The notes beneath the pieces are model-generated. The model saw only the letters and a program-made list of their open reading frames with translations, made no database searches and was not told the DNA's origin. 49,768 bases of DNA from a virus (Duplodnaviria > Caudoviricetes): positions 1-49,768 of IMG/VR virus record IMGVR_UViG_3300022178_000003; one strand, given 5' to 3'. Positions 28,328 to 35,350 of the stretch are shown piece after piece. The translations under genes were made by a program, and so were the position numbers. Position 1 is the first letter of the stretch, and every line of letters begins with the position of its first letter.

Positions 28328-28669
28328 TTATTTGTTGCCGTCAATATCTGAAGCCTTGATAAAGATTCCGTCCTTCATTATTCCTGTACGATCTTTAATA
28401 TCTTCATAAGCATGATCAATACAGTGCTTCAAAGGCAGGTTGTTTCGTACAGCTATGTTAATTAATATAACTATGATGTCTCCGATGTCATCAACAGGTG
28501 TCGTATTTTTGCAGATGCTGTCTGATAACTCCCCAACTTCCTGCATAAGTTTTAACACTTGTTGTTTATCATCCGACCCATGTATAAGGTTACGAGCTAA
28601 GTGCCAAGAGATTATCCGCTGTATTGAAATCTCTATGCCACGGTTTTCTTCATTTATTTCTTGCTCCAT
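28328..28669 (-). CDS. MazG-like nucleotide pyrophosphohydrolase
   Basis: QVLKLMQEVGEL...DDIGDIIVILI...AYEDIKDRTG. Confidence 0.8.
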   Translation of the reverse strand: MEQEINEENRGIEISIQRIISWHLARNLIHGSDDKQQVLKLMQEVGELSDSICKNTTPVDDIGDIIVILINIAVRNNLPLKHCIDHAYEDIKDRTGIMKDGIFIKASDIDGNK

Positions 28670-28902
28670 ATCTCTCCTCCTTTAACTTTTGTTTTAACGG
28701 TGTCTGATTTAACAGCCATTAACTCCATCATAGCCTCATATTCAGTCTTGTCAATAATGTATTGTATTACAGTTTGCTCCCTGACATTGTACATAGAGCA
28801 GGCTGTACTTAAAGGAACCTTCCCGTCCACCACATCCAAAGCTGCTTTAGCTGTAGCCATAGCTTCAAGACTAGGACTGCCAGATATTGTTTGTTCAAAC
28901 AT
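28654..28902 (-). CDS. Hypothetical protein, possible HTH
   Basis: AALDVVDGKVPLSTACSMYNVREQTV is HTH-like. Confidence 0.5.
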   Translation of the reverse strand: MFEQTISGSPSLEAMATAKAALDVVDGKVPLSTACSMYNVREQTVIQYIIDKTEYEAMMELMAVKSDTVKTKVKGGEIWSKK

Positions 28903-29048
28903 TATGCTAACTCCAAAAACATAAACAACAATGTGAATAGCACTGCGAATATCACCGCAACATTACTCCACTTTATAAACCTGCTAGGTATCCTTGAAAA
29001 ATCAAGTAGTCTTTTTACTCTCCTTGACTTCAGTAGATTGCTTAACAT
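28902..29048 (-). CDS. Small membrane peptide, 48 aa (not in ORF track)
   Basis: Manual translation MLSNLLKSRRVKRLLDFSRIPSRFIKWSNVAVIFAVLFTLLFMFLELA; GAGGAG upstream; TAATG coupling. Confidence 0.5.
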   Translation of the reverse strand: MLSNLLKSRRVKRLLDFSRIPSRFIKWSNVAVIFAVLFTLLFMFLELA

Positions 29049-29163
29049 TTTTCATCTCCTCTTTAAATGTTTGTTTAAATATTTCATCAAAATTTTTACT
29101 GAACTTATTGTGATCTACTCTTCTAGCTCGATCACCTTTACCGCCATGAGTTTGTTCGCCCAT
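29002..29163 (-). CDS. Small protein with GKGD..R....F..NFD.IF motif
   Basis: MGEQTHGGKGDRARRVDHNKFSKNFDEIFK; GGAGG RBS supports ATG 29163. Confidence 0.6.
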   Translation of the reverse strand: MGEQTHGGKGDRARRVDHNKFSKNFDEIFKQTFKEEMKNVKQSTEVKESKKTT

Positions 29164-29164
29164 G

Positions 29165-29365
29165 TCATCCCTCCATATATACTTGTCCGAATGTAAGAAC
29201 AAAGAAAGGCACACACAATACTATGCCTTCAAACTGTGCGGCTTCAAAACCATCTATGTCATCGCCACACACCCACACTGCACGAGTATCAGTAAACTCT
29301 AAGTCTAAACCCACACCGTTTCGTACATTTACACTGAAGTTATACTTTCCAAAATTGATTGTCAT
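29165..29365 (-). CDS. Hypothetical protein
   Basis: 66-aa ORF tightly packed in the operon. Confidence 0.55.
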   Translation of the reverse strand: MTINFGKYNFSVNVRNGVGLDLEFTDTRAVWVCGDDIDGFEAAQFEGIVLCVPFFVLTFGQVYMEG

Positions 29366-29366
29366 C

Positions 29367-30317
29367 CTATGCTGCCCTCATGAATTGGTTAGATTTAACA
29401 GCCTCACGAACTATCTGCTGTCGTTGATTCTGAACTGCTGCAATGTTCACCTCATTACTAAGTCGGGAGGCTGTCGCATGAGTTGACCAGTCAGTCAAAG
29501 CATTATACACAGCCCAGTAATTATTACCTAGTCGCTGAGAATAAACTGTTTTATATTTGTTCCAAACATATTCAAGACTGGCGTTGCGTCTGGGAAGATC
29601 TCCAAGGATAACTTGAGGATCAACGTACCCTAACCCTATGAGCTTCTCAGCTGATGTGCATTTGAGAGACTTACAAAAGAATATAAAGGCGCTCTCATCA
29701 TCAGTCCTTGTCTGCTGCCACTGCTGCCACAGGTCACGCTCTTTGTGGAAAAGTTGTAAAGACTTAGTGATAACTCGACCACCCTGCTCAATGTCCAAAG
29801 ACCTTGTGTGCTTTGCTTTAAACACAGCAACCTCACCGCTAACAAAGACTTGTAGATTTGTACACGCCTGCTGAATAGCTGCTGCACTGATCATGAACGG
29901 CCAAGTACCATCGAAGGATGATATGGACAACAGACTCAGAGCAGCTGTATCTCCATCAGCAGTCCTATACGTATGCTCAGGAAGTTTGTACTGCACAAAA
30001 GTTCTTGAACCATCATGAGATGTACGGATAGTTTCTTGTATCCCGTTAATTGACAGATCAGAACGCTCAATAATATTACGAGTAACATCTATCATGTGCT
30101 TAGGTGCAACAGGTTTGTAACCATGTCCGTGTACTCCCAGCTCTTGAGCTGTATCTGTACGATAGATAATAGACTTGGAGCTTTCATAAGCATCTAAATA
30201 AATTAAAGGTGCTGTAGCTATATCAAAATCTGCTGAGCCATAACCCCCATTGCGGATTGTAGTTAACGCTGTGTTGTTTGCAAACATAGGTGTAATGTTG
30301 TTCATTTCATTCTCCAA
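29367..30317 (-). CDS. DUF932/DUF945-family protein
   Basis: LGVHGHGYKPV...SSFDGTW...CTNLQV...KHTRS...WAVYNALTDWSTH. Confidence 0.7.
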   Translation of the reverse strand: MENEMNNITPMFANNTALTTIRNGGYGSADFDIATAPLIYLDAYESSKSIIYRTDTAQELGVHGHGYKPVAPKHMIDVTRNIIERSDLSINGIQETIRTSHDGSRTFVQYKLPEHTYRTADGDTAALSLLSISSFDGTWPFMISAAAIQQACTNLQVFVSGEVAVFKAKHTRSLDIEQGGRVITKSLQLFHKERDLWQQWQQTRTDDESAFIFFCKSLKCTSAEKLIGLGYVDPQVILGDLPRRNASLEYVWNKYKTVYSQRLGNNYWAVYNALTDWSTHATASRLSNEVNIAAVQNQRQQIVREAVKSNQFMRAA

Positions 30318-30337
30318 AAAAAAGTTTTAGTCTTCGG

Positions 30338-30365
30338 TTGACATCATTTGAAAAGAGATTATAAT
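30338..30365 (+). promoter_or_regulatory. Overlapping opposite-strand consensus promoter
   Basis: TTGACA-N16-TATAAT sharing the ATTATAAT palindrome with the minus-strand promoter. Confidence 0.4.
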
Positions 30366-30387
30366 ACTTTTAAGGTTTACAAGTCAA
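30358..30387 (-). promoter_or_regulatory. Sigma70-type promoter for the middle/replication operon
   Basis: TTGACT-N18-TATAAT on the minus strand upstream of the DUF932 gene. Confidence 0.65.
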
Positions 30388-30466
30388 CTATTATTTTATT
30401 TATAGTATAACTTATAAGATACAAAAGAACTTATGCACTCTATCAAGACTATATAGTGTGTATTCC

Positions 30467-30482
30467 TTATAATTAATTATAA
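30467..30482. repeat. TTATAA-N4-TTATAA dyad, copy 1
   Basis: TTATAATTAATTATAA overlapping the stop codon of 30477-30713. Confidence 0.8.
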
Positions 30483-30713
30483 CAAATCCTTATTGTTATC
30501 CTCTTCAACGACCTCAACTGGTGAAATATCCACCACCTGATCGCCATATGGCTTATAAACGCCAGAGTTTTTGTTGATCTCTGCATATTGTAGGGCTTCT
30601 TCGGGTGAACCAGCCGCCACATCTATGAAGTAACCATTCACTTTTGACATCATAACTTTGTAAACCTTTATAGGTTTCTCAACGTCCATCTGCATTACTA
30701 ACTTATCTATCAT
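30477..30713 (-). CDS. Hypothetical early protein
   Basis: 78 aa, YKVMMS...IDVAAGSPEEALQYA. Confidence 0.6.
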   Translation of the reverse strand: MIDKLVMQMDVEKPIKVYKVMMSKVNGYFIDVAAGSPEEALQYAEINKNSGVYKPYGDQVVDISPVEVVEEDNNKDLL

Positions 30714-30879
30714 CTTCTTGAACCTCTGATTTGAGATGTTGGTTTCCTTCCTTTCGGAAGCGTTTGTTGTAGCCGCGCTTAATCTTTTTAGCTTCTTGGC
30801 TTTTAAGACTTATGAATTTTCTCCAGCGGGTCAGAACATCCTGCTCATCACCGCCTTTTAGTTTTATTCTATTCCGCAT
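30703..30879 (-). CDS. Small basic early protein, 58 aa (not in ORF track)
   Basis: Manual translation MRNRIKLKGGDEQDVLTRWRKFISLKSQEAKKIKRGYNKRFRKEG... Confidence 0.6.
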   Translation of the reverse strand: MRNRIKLKGGDEQDVLTRWRKFISLKSQEAKKIKRGYNKRFRKEGNQHLKSEVQEDDR

Positions 30880-31042
30880 TTTTCTCTACCAGAGCTGAGT
30901 GTGCAAGTGTTAGTTCGCGATAGTGTTTGTTCAACAGCCTCGCCCCTGTTTCGCTCACCTCTGCACCGTTCAAGTCCTCAAGTGTTTCCTCTAGTGCCAT
31001 TTCGACCAGCTCTAACAGCACAGCGTGTTCACTAATTTTCAT
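30869..31042 (-). CDS. Small early protein, 57 aa (not in ORF track)
   Basis: Manual translation MKISEHAVLLELVEMALEETLEDLNGAEVSE...; GGAG RBS. Confidence 0.6.
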   Translation of the reverse strand: MKISEHAVLLELVEMALEETLEDLNGAEVSETGARLLNKHYRELTLAHSALVEKNAE

Positions 31043-31164
31043 TTGCTTTCTCCCAAGTACGTTATAATATAGAAAGGCCCACCACGCTGACCAATTTTAT
31101 GTGCATCTTCAAGGGTTGCAGCGTACTGCGTACAACCCATCTCATCCCAATCAATTGCCCACAT
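31039..31164 (-). CDS. Small early protein, 41 aa (not in ORF track)
   Basis: Manual translation MWAIDWDEMGCTQYAATLEDAHKIGQRGGPFYIITYLGESK; AGGAG RBS; ATGA overlap. Confidence 0.6.
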   Translation of the reverse strand: MWAIDWDEMGCTQYAATLEDAHKIGQRGGPFYIITYLGESK

Positions 31165-31258
31165 TATTTACGCTCCTTTTTTCTTGAACCATTTTCTCTG
31201 ATTCCCAAGCTACTAAAAACGATACAACAATTAGCGCTGCTCCGAATAGTTCCACCAT
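31151..31258 (-). CDS. Small membrane peptide, 35 aa (not in ORF track)
   Basis: Manual translation MVELFGAALIVVSFLVAWESEKMVQEKRSVNNVGN; GGAG RBS. Confidence 0.45.
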   Translation of the reverse strand: MVELFGAALIVVSFLVAWESEKMVQEKRSVNNVGN

Positions 31259-31259
31259 G

Positions 31260-31688
31260 TTATCTCTCCACAATTACTCTAAAGTCTATCGCATCTATCT
31301 CAGTTCGGACTGCATCAACAATAAAATCTTCTACACTGTCACGCACTGATCGCTCAATCGCATCAGTATCCACATCATCTGAATCCTCTGCTTCTATCTG
31401 ATCAATACGAGACTCGTGATCATCAACCCGACAATCTAGATTCTCAGCTATGCTATGAGCTTCTTCAGCATTAGCCAGCGCATCTTCAGCTGTAGACTCA
31501 ATAATATCTAGACGCTCAGTCAGGGTTATCATATCTTCAACACCTGTAGCATTTTCTAGAGCCATTATTTTCCGTTCTAGTTCAGCAACTCTATTGGCAT
31601 CTCGTATCTGTAAGCCTTCAAGCTCATTTACTTTAGCTTTAATGCGACCATCAATCCACGCTTCTACTGCTTCAATTAAAGTTTTCAT
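31260..31688 (-). CDS. Acidic coiled-coil early protein
   Basis: 142 aa, heptad-rich, very acidic; AGGAG RBS. Confidence 0.65.
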   Translation of the reverse strand: MKTLIEAVEAWIDGRIKAKVNELEGLQIRDANRVAELERKIMALENATGVEDMITLTERLDIIESTAEDALANAEEAHSIAENLDCRVDDHESRIDQIEAEDSDDVDTDAIERSVRDSVEDFIVDAVRTEIDAIDFRVIVER

Positions 31689-31689
31689 A

Positions 31690-31896
31690 TTACTTAACTC
31701 CTACAATTAGATTATCTTTCATAGTTACTTCAGCAAAGAACTCGCGCCCTTGCCCTGTAATGTGTGGCCGATTAGCTCCAACCATATAGCCACTGCTTAC
31801 ATACTCAGCGCCAAACAAGCTAGTCTCTATGTACTTGAGCGGCTTGCCGATATTAGCTTTTAATTCTTTCTTGCTAGGGTAGTTAAATACAATCAT
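31690..31896 (-). CDS. Hypothetical early protein
   Basis: YPSKKELKANIGKPLKYIETSLFGAEY...REFFAEVTM; GGAG RBS supports ATG 31896. Confidence 0.65.
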   Translation of the reverse strand: MIVFNYPSKKELKANIGKPLKYIETSLFGAEYVSSGYMVGANRPHITGQGREFFAEVTMKDNLIVGVK

Positions 31897-32012
31897 GTTA
31901 TTCTCCAAATAAATTTAAAGTTAGTACTATATATTCTTATCCAACAGGGCGCACAAACATATACGCCCCCCTCATTTACATCTGCTCTTGCACCGCAGCT
32001 GCATTTAGTCAC
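31893..32012 (-). CDS. Putative zinc-binding micropeptide, 39 aa (not in ORF track)
   Basis: GTG start; TKCSCGARADVNEGGVYVCAPCW (CxC...CxxC); 4-nt overlaps at both ends. Confidence 0.45.
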   Translation of the reverse strand: MTKCSCGARADVNEGGVYVCAPCWIRIYSTNFKFIWRIT

Positions 32013-32179
32013 TTCATTAATCCTTTCTCTCGCAGTAGCTTAGTGTTTAGCTCACAGCTCACATCTATCAAGTCCATTAGAATCCTGCGATCCTTACCGT
32101 CTATTGGCATAGAGCAAACCCATTCAAACAAATCACTGAACTGCTTTATGTCTCTCACTGTCACTTCTGATAACTTCAT
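32009..32179 (-). CDS. Small early protein, 56 aa (not in ORF track)
   Basis: Manual translation MKLSEVTVRDIKQFSDLFEWVCSMPIDGKDRRILMDLIDV...; GGAG RBS. Confidence 0.6.
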   Translation of the reverse strand: MKLSEVTVRDIKQFSDLFEWVCSMPIDGKDRRILMDLIDVSCELNTKLLREKGLMK

Positions 32180-32340
32180 ACTCTTATTCTCCGTTTACAT
32201 ATAGGACAGGGCTGTGTCCAGTCAGTCTGCTCAGGGTGTGTGCAGTATTTAGTGCGGCCATCTTCAGGGAACTTATACCCTCCCGATGTTCGAATCTTCT
32301 CAGATTGCAGCCGCTTCAATTCAAACTTTGTCAGTCTCAT
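32176..32340 (-). CDS. Putative zinc-binding small protein, 54 aa (not in ORF track)
   Basis: Manual translation MRLTKFELKRLQSEKIRTSGGYKFPEDGRTKYCTHPEQTDWTQPCPICKRRIRV (CxH...CxxC); ATGA overlaps at both ends. Confidence 0.6.
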   Translation of the reverse strand: MRLTKFELKRLQSEKIRTSGGYKFPEDGRTKYCTHPEQTDWTQPCPICKRRIRV

Positions 32341-32576
32341 CTATCCTTTCTCCATTGCAAGTTAAACACTGAGGGAAAGAACTCTCTCCAATACATTCTG
32401 TCCTCATCCATAGAACGTGCCCACACTCGACCAGTACTTGCACCATGTAGGGGTATTGCGCCTCCAGAGATTACCCATGCTTCGCCATCGCGATCCCTGA
32501 TCAGCTCATCCATTACTACTTTCTCGTTTGCTTTGTTGAACAGTGTCCAACCTTGTTTTGATATAAACATTTTCAT
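32337..32576 (-). CDS. Hypothetical early protein
   Basis: 79 aa, STGRVW...REFFPSVFNLQW; GGAG RBS. Confidence 0.65.
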   Translation of the reverse strand: MKMFISKQGWTLFNKANEKVVMDELIRDRDGEAWVISGGAIPLHGASTGRVWARSMDEDRMYWREFFPSVFNLQWRKDR

Positions 32577-32582
32577 TCTCCG

Positions 32583-32598
32583 TTATAATTAATTATAA
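32583..32598. repeat. TTATAA-N4-TTATAA dyad, copy 2
   Basis: TTATAATTAATTATAA immediately upstream of the GGAG RBS of 32337-32576. Confidence 0.8.
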
Positions 32599-32602
32599 GA
32601 AC

Positions 32603-32803
32603 TCAGGCCCGATCAAACTCACCCTTGTAATTAGTTTCCACACGCGACCCATCTTGAAACTCCACAACAACAGTCGCGTAGTAATCGTCTGGGCTGTTGA
32701 CAACTTTATACTCAGCACCAAACTCCTGCACTACAGTCTCACCATCAGCTCGACCATCACACTCAGCCACATAGAGCCAGTCAAAAAAATCATCCGCGAT
32801 CAT
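32603..32803 (-). CDS. Acidic hypothetical early protein
   Basis: 66 aa with GGAG RBS. Confidence 0.6.
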   Translation of the reverse strand: MIADDFFDWLYVAECDGRADGETVVQEFGAEYKVVNSPDDYYATVVVEFQDGSRVETNYKGEFDRA

Positions 32804-32822
32804 ATCTATTCTCCAGTTATAA

Positions 32823-33527
32823 TTAGCCGCCCACCGCGATCATGTCAGGGTCTACCACAAATCCGCTTGTATCTTTTTTGGCCTTACCTTTTGCCAGTAA
32901 GCCCACCACCACATGGCCCGACCTGAGATTGTCCAGATCACTATTGTCCCCGTCAATAACCGGACGACCCATAAACCGAGCCGGTAATCTTTTGTGGAAC
33001 ACTACCGCCATCGGGTAACCGTCCGGCATTTGCTCCACCTGCTTACGATAGGATGGCTTGCCGCTATAGCTGAACATCAACTTGTAATTAGTTGGCGTTC
33101 TGCCTAGTCTTTTAACTACCTTGGTGTAGTCATAGAAACTCAGCTCTGGAAACTCCTGCGGTATCTGGTGCTTTTCCCATGGAATGTCGCTGATTGTATT
33201 CAGCCTGACTACGCCCACAGACCCTGTACGCTTGCAGAGTTTGGAAAAGTTAGCCAGCTCTACCCGCAGCTGGGCAAGAAATCCTTCCTGATCGTTCAGA
33301 TAAAAATCTGTCTTGGCTTTTCGCCCTGCTTCAACATTGCTAAACACGCCCATGCCTGCTGATTTTAAGCAGCCTTCCATGCAGCCTGCTGCCTTACTGC
33401 CCGCACATATAGTGTGGTTTGGATATAATGAGAGGGACGCGACCCGCGTTTGCACCTTCTCTTTTTTCTGGGTCTTAGCAATTTTTGTATTACTTGCACT
33501 GGTAGATAATAGTTTCATGATAAACAC
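32823..33527 (-). CDS. Gp88-like protein (Cys cluster, possibly radical-SAM-like)
   Basis: ICAGSKAAGCMEGC (Cx7Cx3C), VRLNTISDI, FYDYTK, DGDNSDL, GLLAKGKAKKD.SGFV. Confidence 0.65.
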   Translation of the reverse strand: MFIMKLLSTSASNTKIAKTQKKEKVQTRVASLSLYPNHTICAGSKAAGCMEGCLKSAGMGVFSNVEAGRKAKTDFYLNDQEGFLAQLRVELANFSKLCKRTGSVGVVRLNTISDIPWEKHQIPQEFPELSFYDYTKVVKRLGRTPTNYKLMFSYSGKPSYRKQVEQMPDGYPMAVVFHKRLPARFMGRPVIDGDNSDLDNLRSGHVVVGLLAKGKAKKDTSGFVVDPDMIAVGG

Positions 33528-33542
33528 TCTCTTTTTGGTTAT

Positions 33543-33589
33543 GCTTATAATTAATTATAAGCTTTTGGATTCCTTATAATTAATTATAA
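33543..33589. repeat. Tandem TTATAA-N4-TTATAA dyads, copies 3 and 4
   Basis: GCTTATAATTAATTATAAGC (33543-33562, 20-bp perfect palindrome) and TTATAATTAATTATAA (33574-33589). Confidence 0.85.
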
Positions 33590-33733
33590 CGGGCCAGCGA
33601 TCACCACCGCGCCCACAATATACGCCACCGCACCCAATGGAATGGCGGCCAGTATAATAACAATCGCACTTGTAATATCGCGCATACGCTCGCGCTTTTT
33701 TCTACGCGTAGACAATGAGTCTCGTTTTTTCAT
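33584..33733 (-). CDS. Small membrane peptide, 49 aa (not in ORF track)
   Basis: Manual translation MKKRDSLSTRRKKRERMRDITSAIVIILAAIPLGAVAYIVGAVVIAGPL; AAGGA RBS. Confidence 0.6.
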   Translation of the reverse strand: MKKRDSLSTRRKKRERMRDITSAIVIILAAIPLGAVAYIVGAVVIAGPL

Positions 33734-33745
33734 GGTTCTGATTCC

Positions 33746-33761
33746 TTATAATCAGTTATAA
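33746..33761. repeat. TTATAA-N4-TTATAA dyad, copy 5
   Basis: TTATAATCAGTTATAA fused to the AAGGAA RBS on the minus strand. Confidence 0.75.
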
Positions 33762-33776
33762 AAAAGTATATCTATA

Positions 33777-33801
33777 AAGTCCACCGATCCGCGATGGACT
33801 T
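33777..33801 (-). terminator. Hairpin after the first early gene (terminator or processing site)
   Basis: AAGUCCAUCG-CGGAU-CGGUGGACUU 10-bp stem on the minus strand, short U tail. Confidence 0.4.
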
Positions 33802-33813
33802 GAATATATACCT

Positions 33814-34311
33814 TTAAACACTCGCGGCCAGCTTAGCTATTGCGAATTTTAGGGCGCTAATTGCTGCCGCATCCTTTGAATTTTTAAGCATTTCGCGCAA
33901 TATATCCAAATGCGCGGCCAGCTCTATTTCGGATTTTGAAGGCGCGGCAGTGCTAGTCATCGCACTGTCAGATTCACCGGAACCGCCCCCAGCTTTATTG
34001 CGCGGCACTACTTCAGTTAAAACGCCATCGGTTACTGTAAGCGCTATTGGATTTTCATCACCGCTCGCTTTTTTGACGCGCTTTGAAATTGTATTGTATT
34101 GCGATCTTAAAACTGCCAGCGCTTTTTTATTATGTTCCAGCGCAGCCCATAAATCCTGCAACGCATCGCGGGCCTTTATATCCTTGTTAGCTATCCAAGC
34201 TTGCATAGACTCGGTGATTGCATCTTGCATTTTCACTTTATTGTTAACGCCCTGCACAAATCCGCGGGCCAATGTTGGGATAGTCTTATCGTTTAAAAGT
34301 AAAGTAGTCAT
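33814..34311 (-). CDS. First early gene, helical hypothetical protein
   Basis: Start MTTLLL at 34311 follows AAGGAA RBS; the tracked ATG 34371 lies inside the promoter. Confidence 0.65.
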   Translation of the reverse strand: MTTLLLNDKTIPTLARGFVQGVNNKVKMQDAITESMQAWIANKDIKARDALQDLWAALEHNKKALAVLRSQYNTISKRVKKASGDENPIALTVTDGVLTEVVPRNKAGGGSGESDSAMTSTAAPSKSEIELAAHLDILREMLKNSKDAAAISALKFAIAKLAASV

Positions 34312-34324
34312 TTTTTTGTGTTCC

Positions 34325-34340
34325 TTATAATCAGTTATAA
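34325..34340. repeat. TTATAA-N4-TTATAA dyad, copy 6
   Basis: TTATAATCAGTTATAA fused to the AAGGAA RBS of the first early gene. Confidence 0.75.
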
Positions 34341-34369
34341 ATAATTGGTTTTGTTTGTTACTGGTACCC

Positions 34370-34398
34370 ATCTTAAGAGGTCAATTTGCATAAGTCTA
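34370..34398 (-). promoter_or_regulatory. Early sigma70-type promoter
   Basis: TAGACT-N17-TAAGAT about 60 bp upstream of the first early gene. Confidence 0.55.
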
Positions 34399-34689
34399 TT
34401 ATTATTTAAAAATAAACCCGGCTAAGAATGACCGGATATTGAATTTCGGTCACGCTATAAAATTTTTACCTGTATAAAAGGAACGCGTGCGCGAGTAACA
34501 CGAATAAAATATCCATGTCAATAGAATATATAAAAATAGTTGTGACTGGATTGTTTAATTGAGGTCTAAGGGGTTTTAAAGCTTTTTAGATAGTGGGGAT
34601 AGGGTAGAATTTTGCGGGCCTTAAAACGGAGTATATGACTATCTAGGGATAGTCTAAATATAGGCTGTAGAGTTATAGCTAAATGGTTG

Positions 34690-34970
34690 ATTCTATTGAG
34701 TCTTTATAGTTAAAATCTATTAGTCTTTAAAGACTCCAAAGGCCTTACAGTATAGTAAACCAGAGTGCAAGCTTTTTATTTTTTTTATTTTTAAAAATTT
34801 TGTAGACTTTGAAGTCTTTTTAGTGTATGGCTTGGAGACTCTGGAGTCTTTGAAGGGCGGGCAGGTGACCATACCCCCCCTCCCCCTATATATACACAAT
34901 CTTATACATTTTGGAAGACTTTGGAGTGTCAACCAGTTAGGGCGGCAGCTTTAAAGACTTTAAAGGTGGG
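34690..34970. repeat. Cluster of AG(A/T)CTTT-type ~9-bp subrepeats around a C-tract; probable terminus/packaging region
   Basis: AGTCTTTAAAGACT 34722-34735, AGACTTTGAAGTCT 34804-34817, AGACTCTGGAGTCT 34836-34849, AGACTTTGGAGTGT 34916-34929, CTTTAAAGACTTTAAAG 34949-34965; C7TC5 at 34874-34886. Confidence 0.55.
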
Positions 34971-35161
34971 AGGTATGTGCATATAAATGTACACAAAGTA
35001 CAGAAATATGTACATATAAATGTATACATCGGTTTATATTTATGCATATGTGCGGTGTTAGAGTGCGCATATACACACAAATCTAAACCTAAAAGGCGGG
35101 GGGAGATGGATAAGGAATGTATGGCTAATATGTCTATATAACCCCGGAGGGCTTAATATCC

Positions 35162-35190
35162 ATTATACACCTGAAATTCAATTTTGTCAA
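35162..35190 (-). promoter_or_regulatory. Perfect consensus sigma70 promoter, leftward
   Basis: TTGACA-N17-TATAAT on the minus strand. Confidence 0.75.
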
Positions 35191-35314
35191 GTACTTTCAT
35201 ATACTTTTTAGTTATGTGCACCTGTATTAATATACCATAAGTGATATATGCACCCCCTTTATGCGTATATATGCATCATAAATGAGATTCTTATGCAAAT
35301 AAGTTATAAAACAC

Positions 35315-35343
35315 TTGACAAAACCCCATTTTACCTGTATAAT
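35315..35343 (+). promoter_or_regulatory. Perfect consensus sigma70 promoter for the packaging/structural arm
   Basis: TTGACA-N17-TATAAT ending 7 nt before the TerS ATG. Confidence 0.8.
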
Positions 35344-35350
35344 GTAATAC

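Noticed and set aside
34481-34521. Minus-strand TTGACA at 34521-34516 followed by TGTTACTCGCGCACGCGTTC as a promoter
   Set aside because: No acceptable TAnnnT -10 at 16-18 bp spacing; it may be functional but cannot be supported from sequence alone
34312-35350. tRNA or known structured RNA in the large intergenic region
   Set aside because: No cloverleaf or T-loop GTTC pattern with matching stems found by eye; tRNAscan/Infernal would be needed to exclude one formally
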